The notes under the pieces: generated by a model | Told to the model about the DNA's origin: nothing | Databases searched by the model: none | What the model saw: only the letters and a program-made list of their open reading frames with translations | In this document: piece after piece, positions 12,181-24,700 of the stretch | How the letters are laid out: every line of letters begins with the position of its first letter | Numbering within the stretch: position 1 is the stretch's first letter | Program-made: the position numbers and the translations under genes | NCBI RefSeq assembly: GCF_963921235.1 | Contig: NC_086109.1 | Coordinates: 26,910,001 to 26,974,000 of the forward strand | Length of the DNA stretch: 64,000 bases | Direction of reading: 5' to 3' | Origin: Mobula hypostoma | Taxonomy: Eukaryota

Positions 12181-13348
12181 CATAAGATCATAAGACAAAG
12201 GAGCAGAAGTCGGCCATTCGGCCCATCGAGTCTACTCCGCCATTTTATCATGAGCTGATCCATTCTCCCATTTAATCCCACTCCCTGCCTTCTCACCATA
12301 ACCTTTGATGCCCTGGCTACTCAGATACCTATCAATCTCTGCCTTAAATACACCCAATGACTTGGCCTCCACTGCTGCCCATGGCAACAAATTTCATAGA
12401 TTCACCACCCTCTAACTAAAAAAATGTCTTCACATTTCTGTTCTGAATGGGCACCCTTCAATCCTTCAGTCATGCCCTCTCGTACTAGACTTCCCCATCA
12501 TGGGAAACAACTTTGCCACATCCACTCTGTCCATGCCTTTCAACATTCGAAATGTTTCTATGAGGTCCCCCCTCATTCTTCTAAACTCCAAGGAATACAG
12601 TCCAAGAGCGGACAAATGTTCCTCATATGGTTACCCTCTCATTCCCGGAATCATTCTAGTGAATCTTCTCTGTACCCTCTCCAATGTCAGCACATCCTTT
12701 CTTAAATAAGGAGACCAAAACTACCCACAGTACTCCAAATGAGGTCTCACCAGCGCCTTATAGAGCCTCAACATCACATCCCTGCTCCTATACTCTATTC
12801 CTCTAGAAATGAATGCCAACATTGCATTCGCCGCCTTCACTACCAACTCAACCTGGAGGTTAACTTTAAGGGAATCCTGCACGAGGACTCCCAAGTCCTG
12901 TTGCATCTCAGAACTTTGAATTCTTTCCCCATTTAAATAATAGTCTGCCCGTTTATTTCTTCTGCCAAAGTGCATAACCATACACTTTCCAACATTGTAT
13001 TTCATTTGCCACTTCTTTGTCCATTCTTCCAATCTATCCAAGTCTCTCTGCAGACTCTCCGTTTCCTCAGCACTACCGGCCCCTCCACCTATCTTTGTAT
13101 CGTCAGCAAACTTAGCCACAAAGTCATCTATTCCATAATCCAAATCATTGATGTACAATGTAAAAACAAGTGGCCCCAACACAGACCCTTATGGAACACC
13201 ACTGGTAACCGGCAGCCAACCAGAATAGGATCCCTTTATGCCCACTCTCTGTTTCCTGCCAATCAGCCAACGCTCTATCCACGTATGTAACTTTCCCGTA
13301 ATTCCATGGGCTCTTATCTTGTTAGGTAGCCTCATGTGTGGCACCTTT
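12181..13348 (-). mobile_element. CR1 LINE 3' fragment (RT C-terminal half and 3' UTR)
   Basis: 153-aa minus ORF with LYINDL..KFADDTK..LYKALVRPHLEYC; tail cataagatcataagac at 12181. Confidence 0.9.
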
Positions 13349-13489
13349 CCTCACTTTCCTTAATTCCTCTCTTACACTGTGGCAGTTTGGTAATGTATGG
13401 TTAAGCACCATACAGTGATAAAGTAGTTGCTCCCATATACAAGATCATGTTAAACTAATGAATAGAGCTTTTATTACAACTGAACCTTT

Positions 13490-13800
13490 GGGGCAGCATG
13501 GTAGTGTAGCGGTTAGCGTAACGCTTTACCAGCTCTAAGATCAGGGTTCATTTCCTGCTGTTGTCCATGAGGAGTTTGTCAGTTCTCCCCCGTGACTTCA
13601 TGGGTTTCCTCTGGGTGGTCGGGTTCCCCCCCACAGTCCAAAGTTGTACCGGTTGGAGTTAGTAAGTTGTGAGCATGTTATGTTGGTGCTGGAAGTGTGG
13701 TGACACGAGTCCTTCTCGGACTGTGTTGAATGTTGATGGAAACAATGAACTTCACTACATATTGTGATGTTTCGATGTGCATGCGACAAATAAAGCTAAT
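13490..13800 (+). mobile_element. tRNA-derived V-SINE (HE1-like)
   Basis: A-box-like tggtagtgtagcgg, B-box-like ggttcatttcc, V-domain-like ttctcccccgtgacttcatgggtttcctc; ends gacaaataaagct. Confidence 0.7.
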
Positions 13801-13980
13801 CTGTATAATACAAACTTATGCAGTGTATGGTAGTCAGCCTTCATTTTGTCTTCACTTAAAACTTGATAATTACATTGTTTTAGATATGTATGTGTAAGAA
13901 GTTAGGAAGTGACAAAGAGTAATGCGCTGTAGCTCAAGTGTTGCCTGCTCATTGCACATATTATATTTTCTGTCTTGCAG

Positions 13981-14060
13981 ATGAATGTTTTCCTATATAT
14001 TCTGTCCGCCAAGGCTTCCTGCAGGCCGAGGCACCAAGGTTTTGAGAAGAAGGGGAATGT
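13981..14060 (+). CDS. CELSR2: CELSR2 exon: end of TM5 and ICL3 (MNVFLYILSAKASCRPRHQGFEKKGN)
   Basis: tgcag|ATGAAT, AATGT|gtaggt, 80 nt, phase 0-2. Confidence 0.94.
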
Positions 14061-14822
14061 GTAGGTATTTTCAGATTAAATCTTTGAGAAAGCTGCAGTT
14101 CTATTTAAAACAGTAGTCAAAATAGAAACACATAACACAAAGTGCTGAAAATAAAAGTAATTATTCAAATAAGGAACTGGCACTAAATTTGCGCATGGGA
14201 AGGAAGTAACTGGTAATACAATACCAGGATATATTTCTTTATTTCCATCTCCCAAATTGTTTATTCATATGAAATCTCAAAAATCAGCAGTTTGAATTTC
14301 AGAAAAAGGAAGAAGCAATCCAGAACAATGTGCAATTATTTAATAATGTTGGACTATTGGGTACCACTTCATTTGGCAGCACTGACCTATTAAACCCTGG
14401 AGTTGAAATTTGACATTATTGTGACTCAAATTGGATGGAAGCAGAAGGTTTTCCATTATATTTTAATCAATGCAAATCAAAAATTGAATAGGGACCCATT
14501 GAAAACCCAATCCTCAGTTGGCCATTTTGTGCCTCTGCTAAAATTGAGTTTTACATCATCTGGGCCTTGTTTTTCGGAGGGTACTTTAATCAGTAAACAA
14601 AGGCCTGAGTCCCCTGACCTGAAATGTCCTGACAAAAGTCACTATGAAGATAAAAACCCAGTCACCACTATCCACCTCTACCTCCTTTACCACTGTATGT
14701 GTATAGCGGCATTCAATATTAAAGTGATTATTGTGTTATAATAACATTATAAAGCAAATGTGAGTTTGGACTTTCTAGTCAACAGAGTAGCCGTAACTCG
14801 CTTTTGTTGAATGTTTTGATAG

Positions 14823-14949
14823 ATCTGGACTGCGTACAGCATTTGTGGTGCTGCTGCTTGTCAGCTGCACTTGGCTCTTGGCCTTGCTTTCAGTGAACAG
14901 TGACACCATTATTTTCCACTACCTCTTTGCTGGGTTTAACTGTCTTCAG
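14823..14949 (+). CDS. CELSR2: CELSR2 exon: TM6-TM7 (SGLRTAFVVLLLVSCTWLLALLSVNSDTIIFHYLFAGFNCLQ)
   Basis: gatag|ATCT, CAG|gtaaag, 127 nt, phase 2-0. Confidence 0.95.
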
Positions 14950-15976
14950 GTAAAGTTCTCCATCATTCACCTTTAATGCAGGTCCGTAGTATCAGCTTTG
15001 AAGCCCATTTTATGGTTTATTTTCCTTCTGTTTCCTTCACCATGTTGCCTTTTAACTTACTTTGGCTGTTTTGCCATTATGTTTAACAAATCATATACTG
15101 TATATTGGCAAGTTAGCGTGACAAGAGTGATTGGGAGTGAAGCTGGATTCAACAAAACTAGGGATTAAGAAATCACTTAGCCAATCTTCATTTCTGAATT
15201 GGGTGTCAATTATCATTCCAGTCAGGGCTGACACAGATCTTTTTGTAATTTTGAGTTCCATTTACAATTCACATGGGGCACTACTGAGCCATACAGATTG
15301 GCACCTGGGAATTTCCAAACAGGCAAAAAATCCGGAAAACAGGAAAATGTTTTTAAAATATTTTATGCAGTTTTCAAGTGAAGCACTTCTGGTTTTGATT
15401 TGATGTGTTTTTTAGGATAATTACTTAAAACATCTGTAAAATTAAGAAGTAAAAACAGAAAATTCTGGAAATACTCTGCTGGTCAAGTAGCATCTGTGAA
15501 GAAGGCAAATGTGAAAATAAAAAATATAGTATTAGTGAGGGAAAATAACTTAACAAGGAGTTGCCAAAGGACTAGAAAACTGATAAATCCCAAGAGCTCA
15601 ATTATCTATGTGTAAGAGATGGGTATATTGATAGATTTTCTGTTTATCACCTTTCAAAATTCAGTTAATTATGGAATGGTTCCTGAAGATTTGGAGGGTA
15701 ACAAGATTTAAGAAAGAGGGAGACAGGAACAAGCAACTATTGACATGATTAGTAAGATAATGCTGGGATGTACGATAAAGATTGTGATATCAAGGAACTT
15801 AAGCAATTATGATATGGTTGGTGAAATGGGACTGATGGGATTACTTCTGGGTGACAGATTGGGACTGTATATATCTTTCTTTGAGGAAACCTTAATGAAG
15901 TGATCTGATAGAGGAGATGAAGCTTACTTTTATCCATTATACTGATACGTTGTACTAATAGATTTCTTGCTCGTAG

Positions 15977-16099
15977 GGTCCATTCATCTTCATCTTCCAC
16001 TGTATTCTCAACAAGGAAGTGAGGAAAGCCTTCAAGTGTGTCTTCAGTAAAAAGAATTCAGATGAAACTGTGGTCACAACAAAATCAACACTGGCGTCT
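15977..16099 (+). CDS. CELSR2: CELSR2 exon: end of TM7 and helix 8 (GPFIFIFHCILNKEVRKAFKCVFSKK...TKSTLAS)
   Basis: cgtag|GGTCCA, TCT|gttagt, 123 nt, phase 0-0. Confidence 0.93.
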
Positions 16100-16769
16100 G
16101 TTAGTAGCACTTTCTTTTTGATTTATCCTTTATATTTGTACTTCTACTGTTGGCTGCAATATTACTCCAATACAACTCTGAAATAATAACTTTACTTTCA
16201 CTTGTAAACAGTATTGTATTCACAGAATTGTTCTCTTGCAGCAGAAGTTTTATTCTGGTAACTCCAGATTCTAGAAGTCTGAAAAATTTATATAATCATT
16301 GGTATTTTAAGAGGTTTGCTGGTGACATGACCAGATTTTTATCACTTTTTTTTAAAAAGTATAATACAGGCAACCTCTGTGGTACTGCTGTTCAGGTAAC
16401 AAAAATTCACCCTTATAGAATTTACAAATCACTGCTCAAGAATGTAAGATGAAGAATAAGCTTCTCTCTCTCAGGATTTATGTAAGGAAATGAATGAATA
16501 CTATTTTTTAAAATCATGATTCTTAACATGAGCTGATGATGTGGCTTCACGTTGCAGAACAATCACAATGCAGACTGTTTGCGAGGAAGACAGGAGTCAC
16601 CTGTAGGAAGTATCTAACGTTTTTATTTTCCCTTTTGAGATTTCTTTCCAAATTTACAATTAAGTGATTTCCCTTCCATTGCCACTTAGTATCAAAAAGA
16701 TAATATATTGGAAAATAATATATAAGAGTTCTTGTATTTCTTCTAAGTAAGACTCTTCTGAGATGCTGG

Positions 16770-16998
16770 GACACGGGTTCAGTTCCTGGTGTTGCCTGTA
16801 AGAAGTTTGTACGTTCTCCCCGTGACCGTGTGGGTTTCCTCCGGGTGCTCCGGTTTCCTCCAAAGATGTGCCGGTCGATAGGTTAATTGCTTATTGTAAA
16901 TCGGCTAGGATTAAATTCGGGGATTGCTGGGCGGCAAGGCTGGAAAAGCCAATTCCGCACTGTATATAAATCAATCAAAAGTAAACAAACAAACAAAC
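16770..16998 (+). mobile_element. V-SINE fragment
   Basis: B-box gggttcagttcc, V-domain gtttgtacgttctccccgtgaccgtgtgggtttcctccgggtgctccggtttcctcc, (aaac)n tail. Confidence 0.7.
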
Positions 16999-17684
16999 AG
17001 GCCATAGTTAAACAGATGTCAACTGGAACTAGGGAGAAATCTCCACTGCGTGTTCTTGCTTAATGTTGTGATTTTTAGAGGCTGGTAATCCCAGCCCCAA
17101 GGCTTCGCTGTAGATGTTCCTCAGGTCCCTGCCCTAGATACAACCACCTTTTGATTTTGTCAATAATCTTCTCTTCCTCAACAGATCAGATCTAGCGATG
17201 TTCACTGAGGGTTGCATGTGTTAAATTCCAATTCCCATGGCAACTTCTCTGATAGTAAGCAGGCACGCATCAAGATCTGAACAATTTTTAAAGTCAGAAT
17301 GAAAACTGGGATAATATTTGTGCCACATATGACACTGACAATCCTCAAAGAGAGTGAGTCTCTCTTTGGTATTCACCTACATCACCATTAAGAATAACAT
17401 TGGAGATGGGGGGCGGGTGATGGTTATCACCCTTGTTCAGAACCTTAATTAGTCACTTAAGTACTGTGGCCAGAAAAGCCAGGCCAGTGGTTGTAGTATT
17501 TGAATGAGTCCTGACTCCCTCATACAGTACATTCCATAACCAACATAAGTCAGGAACCTGATGGAATACTTTCCACTTGTCTGGTTAATTGAAGCATCAA
17601 TAACACTTAAGCTGATGTAAAATTAGTAGTGATTATCATCATGGTGTACAACATGTCCATTCATCTAATCGATCTATGGAAGTC

Positions 17685-18020
17685 AAAATTAATTTATTAT
17701 CAAAATACATATATATTACCAAATCCTACCTTGAAATGACTTTCTTGCAGGCATTTTCAGGAAAATAAAGAAATACAATAGAATTTACAAGAAAAATGTA
17801 GACCAAAGACTGACAAACAACCCAGGTGCAAAACAAGATGCATTGTATAAAATAAAGGATACTGAGAGCATGAGTTGTAGATCACTTGAAAGTGAGTCTG
17901 TAGGTTGTGCAATCAGTTCAGAGTTTTAGTGAGTGAAATTCAGGAGCCTAATCGTTGTAGGGTAATAACTGTTCCTTATGGAACCTAAGGCTCCCGTACC
18001 TCCTGCCCAATGATAGTAGC
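17685..18020 (-). mobile_element. Rex/Babar-type LINE 3' fragment
   Basis: Parallel to 11520-11870 (gaaatacaatagaattt, gaaagtgag..tgtaggttgtg, ttgtagggtaataac). Confidence 0.65.
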
Positions 18021-18369
18021 AATGTAGTATTGTTTTGGTAATTGCATGCTCTTGCTTACTCTTCTGACCTTTTAATACCAATAACAGTCAAGAAGCTCAG
18101 CAGTATCCATGTCAAAGTAGACCCACAACCCATCTCTCACCTTCAACACTTGCACGTTCCACCACATCTGCAGCTTCTGTCACGTCCTCAACTTTTCAAA
18201 TCACAAGGACTTCAGTGGCCCACCATTTACTTGCAATGGGAAATCAAGAACAGCCAGTAAATGTATAAAGAGTAAAATGTTATTTTTATTGAAAAGAGTT
18301 GATTTGAAATGATTTTTTATTAAATCATATGATCAACTTACTTAATAAATTCTTTGCATTTGATTTCAG

Positions 18370-18497
18370 TCATTGTGTAATAACACATACATTGACGGTC
18401 GTACGTATCGTTCAGCCTTTGGTGATTCATCTGGGTCAGTGAGCAGTGCTTCAAGATCAGGAAAAAGTCACAACAGCTACATTGCATTTGTTCTCAG
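18370..18497 (+). CDS. CELSR2: CELSR2 exon: cytoplasmic tail (SLCNNTYIDGRTYRSAFGDSSGSVSSASRSGKSHNSYIAFVL)
   Basis: ttcag|TCATTG, CTCAG|gtaata, 128 nt, phase 0-2. Confidence 0.93.
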
Positions 18498-18805
18498 GTA
18501 ATATACAGGGGGAGGGGTTGGTGCTGCACTGTAACTATTGGAATTTTGCTATCATGATTTAAAGCACTATGCTGCTTTCATTTTGAAAATGAGTTGCCAA
18601 TCATCTATATTCCCTGATCCAGGTTCTCGACCCAGACCATCAGCCATCTTTTTGTTACACACTTATTTCATATTTCATGCATATTAAATAAAATATCAAT
18701 CATATACATCAACAACCTACATTAGTGGCAGGACATTCCACTTAGCCCAAACATCTAAGAAAGTTCTAAATATACCTCCCTAATTTTCCAACTTAGTTTG
18801 TTTCA

Positions 18806-19436
18806 TATTCAGATTCAGATTTATTATCAAGGTACGTATATATCCTGAAATTCATTTTCTTGTGGGCATTCACTGTAAATACAAAGCAACACAATGGAAT
18901 CAATGAAAAACCACAGACAACAAGACTGACAACCAGTGTTCAAAAGACAACAAACTGTGCAACACCAAAGGGAAAAAAAACACAATAATTAATAAATAAA
19001 TAAATATTGTGAACATGAGATGATGGTTGAGGGGTAAAAACCGTTCCTGTACCCGTTGGAATGGGTCCAGCATAATGCAAGCTGCAAGAAGAAGAAAGCA
19101 TGTCAGGCAGCATCTATGGAAAAGAGTGAAGTTGACGTTTCAGGCCAAGACTTCATCAAACTCTTCGTCAGGGTCTTGGCCCAAAATGTTGACTATACTC
19201 TTTTTCCATAGATGCTACTTGGCCTGCTGAGTTCCTCCAGCATTTTGTGTGTGTTGCTTGGATTTCCAGCATCTGGAGATTTTCTCTTGTTTATACGAAG
19301 AGAGTATGTCCTGGATGGTAGGTGTCCTTGATGATGGATGCTGATTTTCTGCAACAGAGCTCCTTGTAGATGTGCTCAGAGATGAGGAGGGTTTTACCAG
19401 TATTCAATTGGGCTGTATCCATTGGTTTTTATAGGC
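18806..19436 (-). mobile_element. Old Rex/Babar-type LINE 3' fragment, outer layer of the nest; resumes at 28718-28740
   Basis: (attcag)n tail at 18806; colinear with the intact copy at 62330-62500; resumes as taggcttttccaatcaaggg. Confidence 0.6.
19105..19296. mobile_element. Fold-back Penelope-like tail insertion with diverged 14-bp TSD
   Basis: Inverted repeat catctatggaaaagagt...ggccaagac / gtcttggcc...actctttttccatagatg; flanks gaagaaagcatgtc (19091-19104) and gaagagagtatgtc (19297-19310). Confidence 0.75.
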
Positions 19437-21717
19437 AATAGACAATAGGTGCAGAAGTAGACCATTTGGCCCTTCGAGCCTGCACCGCCATTCTGAGATC
19501 ATGGCTGATCATCTACTATCAATACCCGGTTCCTGCCTTGTCCCCATAACCCTTGATTCCCCTATCCATAAGATACCTATCTAGCTCCTTCTTGAAAGCA
19601 TCCAGAGAATTGGCCTCCACTGCCTTCTGAGGCAGCGCATTCCACACCTCCACAACTCTCTGGGAGAAGAAGTTCCTCCTCAACTCGGTCCTAAATGACC
19701 TGCCCCTTATTCTTAAACCATGCCCTCTGGTACTGGACTCTTCCAGCATCTGGAACATATTTCCTGCCTCTATCTTGTCCAATCCCTTAATAATCTTATA
19801 TGTCTCAATCAGATCCCTCCCAGTCTCCTTAATTCCAGCGTGTACAAGCCCAGTCTCTCTAACCTCTCTGCGTAAGACAGGCCGGACATCCCAGGAATTA
19901 ACCTAGTGAACCTACGCTGCACCTCCTCCACAGCCAGGATGTCCTTCCTTAACCCTGGAGACCAAAACTGCACACAATACTCCAGGTGTGGTCTCACCAG
20001 GGCCCTGTACAAATGCAAAAGGATTTCCTTGCTCTTGTACTCAATTCCCTTTGTAATAAAGGCTAACATTCCATTAGCCTTCTTCACTGCCTGCTGCACT
20101 TGCTCATTCACCTTCAGAGACCGATGAACAAGTACTCCTAGATCTCTTTGTATTTCTCCCCTACCTAACTCCACACCGTTCAGATAATAATCTGCCTTCC
20201 TGTTCTTGCTCCCAAAGTGAATAACCTCACACTTATTCACATTAAATGCCATCTGCCAAGTTTCTGCCCATTCACCCAGCCTATCCACCTTGAATTCTCC
20301 TAACACCCTCATCACATGTTACACTGCCCCCCAGCTTAGTATCATCAGCAAACTTGCTGATGTTATTCTCAATGCCTTCCTCTAAATCATTGACGTAAAT
20401 CGTAAACAGCTGTGGTCCCAATACCGAGCCCTGTGGCACCCCACTAGTCACCACCTGCCATTCCGAGAAACACCCATTCACTGCTACCTTTTGCTTTCTA
20501 TCTGCCAATCAGTTTTCTATCCATGTCAATATCCTCCCCCCAATGCCATGAGCTCTGATTTTACCCACCAATCTCCTATGTGGTACCTTATCAAATGCCT
20601 TCTGAAAGTCAAGGTACACCACATCCACTGGATCTCCCGCATCTATCTTCCTGGTTACATCCTTGAAAAACTCCAATAGATTAGTCAAGCATGATTTGCC
20701 CTTGGTAAATCCATGCTGGCTCGGCCCAGTCCTATCACTGCTATCAAGATATGCCGCTATTTCATCTTTAATAATGGACTCTAGCATCTTCTCCACTACT
20801 GATGTTAGGCTAACAGGGCGATAGTTCTCTGTTTTCTCCCTTCCTCCTTTCTTAAAAAGTGGGATAACATTAGCCATTCGCCAATCCTCAGGAACTGATC
20901 CTGAATCTAAGGAACATTGGAAAATGATCACCAATGCATCTGCAATTTCCAGAGCCACCTCCTTTAGTACCCTAGGATGCAGACCATCTGGACCTGAGGA
21001 TTTGTTAGCCTTCAGTCCCATCAGTCTACTCATCACCGTTTCCTTCCTAATGTCAGTCTGTTTCAGTTCCTCTGTTACCCTATGTTCTTGGCCCATCCAT
21101 ACATCTGGGAGATTGCTTGTGTCTTCCCTAGTGAAGACGCATCCAAAGTACTTATTAAATTCATCTGCCATTTCTATGTTTCCCATAACAATTTCTCCCA
21201 ATTCATTCTTCAAGGTCCCAACATTGTTCTTAACTATCTTCCTTCTCTTCACATACCTAAAAAAAACATTTGCTATCCTCCTTTATATTCCTAGCTAGCT
21301 TGCATTCATACCTCATTTTTTCTCCCCGCATAGCCTTTTTATTTAAGTTCTGTTGCTCCTTAAAAATTTTCCCATCATCCATCTTCCCACTCACCTTAGC
21401 TCTGTTATACTTCTTTTTTAATGCTATGCTATCTCTGACTTCCTTTGTCAACCACTGTGGCCACTTTCCCCATCTTTGAATCCTTCCTTCTCGGGGGGAT
21501 GAACTGATTTTGCACCTTGTGCATTATTCCCAAGAATACCTGCCATTGCTGTTCCACTGTCTTTTCTGCTAGGATATCCGACCGGTCAACTTTGGCCAAC
21601 TCCTCCCTCATGGCTCCATAGTCTCCTTTGTTCAACAGGAATACTGACACTTCTGATCTGCTCTTAGCCCTCTCAACTCACAGATAAAAACTTATCATGT
21701 TATGGTCTCTACCTCCT
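19437..21717 (-). mobile_element. CR1 LINE, 3' part (RT and 3' UTR), split by an L1
   Basis: Minus ORFs with GPDGLHPRVLKE, YRPVSLTS, YLDFQKAFDKVPH, GVPQGSVLGP, KFADDTK; tail caatagacaata. Confidence 0.93.
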
Positions 21718-24700
21718 TTTTTTCTTTTTAAATCTTTTTATTGAATAAGTATACAAAAAGGTAAGCCATATAGACACTAATACACTGTTAGAATATAATA
21801 AAATTACAGAAGATATTAATACAAAAAAAACTACAGTGTAATTTAAACATAACATACCAAGGTAACATAATAGTATACTAATTTTTATATATATGTCAAT
21901 AGAGAAAAGGAACCCCCCCGCCCAAAAAAAAAAACCCACCGTGCAACTAACTAAAAGCAAAGCAAAGCAATGGGCTAACTTGAAACCAAACAGAGTTAAA
22001 CTTAAAATCACGTCCTCAATCCCGACCTCCATTAAAAACAGTAAAAAAAAACAAGAAGGGTATATATTACATTAAATGAAAATATTGAATAAAAGAGCTC
22101 CAAGTCTGTTCAAATTTAAATGAGGAGTCATAAAGATTGCTTCTAATTTTCTCCAAATTCAAGCATAATATCGTCTGAGAAAACCAAAAAAAGGTAGTTG
22201 GAGCATTAAGCTCTTTCCAATGTTGTAAGATACATCTTTTCGCCATTAAAGTAAGAAATGCAATCATTCTACGGGCTGAAGGGGAAAGATTACTGGAAAT
22301 TTTAGGTAGTCCAAAGATAGCAGTAATAGGGTGAGGTGAGATATCTATATTCAATACCTTGGAGATAATATTAAAAATGTCTCTCCAAAAAGTTTCCAAA
22401 GTAGGGCAAGACCAAAACATATGAGTTAAAGAGGCTATCTGCCCCGGACATCTATCACAAAAAGGACTAATATGAGAATAAAAGCGCGCTAACTTATCTT
22501 TGGACATATGTGCTCTATGAACAACTTTGAATTGAATTAGGGAATGTTTAGCACAGATAGAGGAAGTATTGACTAATTGTAAAATCTGCCCCCAGTCATC
22601 CACGGAAATGGTAAACCCCAATTCCTGTTCCCAATCTACCCTAATCTTATCAAATGGAGCTTTCCTAAGTTTCATAATAATATTATAAATCATAGCCGAT
22701 GCACCTTTCTGACATGGATTAAGGTTGATTATAGTATCTAAAATGTATGTAGGAGGAAGCATTGGAAAGGAAGAAAGTATAGTACTTAGGAAATTTCTAA
22801 CTTGTAGATATCTATAAAAAATGTATTCTTGATAAGTTATATTTATTAGATAATTGTTCAAAAGACATAAGGGAACCATCTAAAAATAAATCCAAAAACC
22901 GTGAAATACCCTTAGTCTTCCAAATTTGAAGAGCACGATCCGTAAAAGAGGGAGGAAAAAATATGTTACCTAAAATAGGAATCACTAACCCAAATTGATT
23001 GAGATCAAAAAATTTTCTGAATTGAAACCAAATACGTAAGGTATATTTAACTATCGGGTTAGACACCTGTTTAAGGCGTTTCAAATCAAAAGGAAGAGAG
23101 GAACCTAAAATAGAGCCAAGTGTAAAACCCTGAACAGATTGTAATTCCAATGCTACCCATTTAGGAATGGATAGTATATCCTGGTCAAGTAACCAGAATT
23201 TCATATGTCGAATATTAATTGCCCAATAATAAAATCTAAAGTTAGGTAATGCTAAGCCTCCATCTCTCTTAGCTTTCTGTAAATGTATTTTACCCAGTCT
23301 CGGGTTTTTATTCTGCCAAATAAATGAAGAAATTTTAGAGTCAACTTTGTCAAAAAAAGATTTTGGAACAAAGATTGGTAATGCCTGAAATATATATAAA
23401 AATTTTGGCAAAAAAACATCTTAACTGCATTAATACGACCAATCAAAGTTAAATATAAAGGAAACCATTTAGATGAAAGTTGAATAATATGGTCTATTAA
23501 TGGTAAAAAGTTAGTCTTAAATAAATCTTTGTATTTACAAGTAATTTTAATCCCAAGATATGAAAAATAATTATTAATCAATTTAAATGGAAATTTATAA
23601 TATAAGGGAAGTTGTTTATTAATCGGAAAGAGTTCACTCTTACTAAGATTTAATTTATAACCTGAAAAAAGACCAAATTGTGCTAATAGCTTTAAAACAG
23701 TCGGGATGGATTTTTGAGGATTAGAAATATATAAAAGTAAATCATCAGCATAGAGTGATATTTTATGGGACTTTAAGCCCCGAGTTTTGAGGATGTAACT
23801 AGTAGAGTGGATAGGGGAGAACCAGTGGATGTGGTATATTTGGATTTTCAAAAGGCTTTTGACAAGGTCCCACACAGGAGATTAGTGTGCAAACTTAAAG
23901 CACACGGTATTGGGGGTAAGGTATTGGTGTGGGTGGAGAATTGGTTAGCAGACAGGAAGCAAAGAGTGGGAATAAACGGGACCTTTTCAGAATGGCAGGC
24001 GGTGACTAGTGGGGTACCGCAAGGCTCAGTGCTGGGACCCCAGTTGTTTACAATATATATTAATGACTTGGATGAGGGAATTAAATGCAGCATCTCCAAG
24101 TTTGCAGATGACACGAAGCTGGGTGGCAGTGTTACCAGTGAGGAGGATGCTAAGAGGATGCAGGGTGACTTGGATAGGTTGGGTGAGTGGGCAAACTCAT
24201 GGCAGATGCAATTTAATGTGGATAAATGTGAAGTTATCCACTTTGGTGGCAAAAATAGGAAAACAGATTATTATCTGAATGGTGGCTGATTAGGAAAAGG
24301 GGAGGTGCAACGAGACCTGGGTGTCATTATACACCAGTCATTGAAAGTGGGCATGCAGGTACAGCAGGCGGTGAAAAAGGCGAATGGTATGCTGGCATTT
24401 ATAGCGAGAGGATTCAAGTACAGGAGCAGGGAGGTACTACTGCAGTTGTACAAGGCCTTGGTGAGACCACACCTGGAGTATTGTGTGCAGTTTTGGTCCC
24501 CTAATCTAAGGAAAGACATCTTTGCCATAGAGGGAGTACAAAGAAGGTTCACCAGATTGATTCCTGGGATGGCAGGTCTTTCATATGAAGAAAGACTGGA
24601 TGAACTGGGCTTGTACTCGTTGGAATTTAGAAGATTGAGGGGGGATCTGATTGAAACGTATAAGATCCTAAAGGGATTGGACAGCCCAGATGCGGGAAGA

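Noticed and set aside
13490..13560. tRNA gene
   Set aside because: A/B-box-like motifs run directly into a V-SINE body and no cloverleaf can be formed.
14403..14741. 112-aa intronic ORF and similar 60-120 aa ORFs in the track
   Set aside because: Non-ATG or weak starts, no motifs and no fitting splice context; expected by chance.
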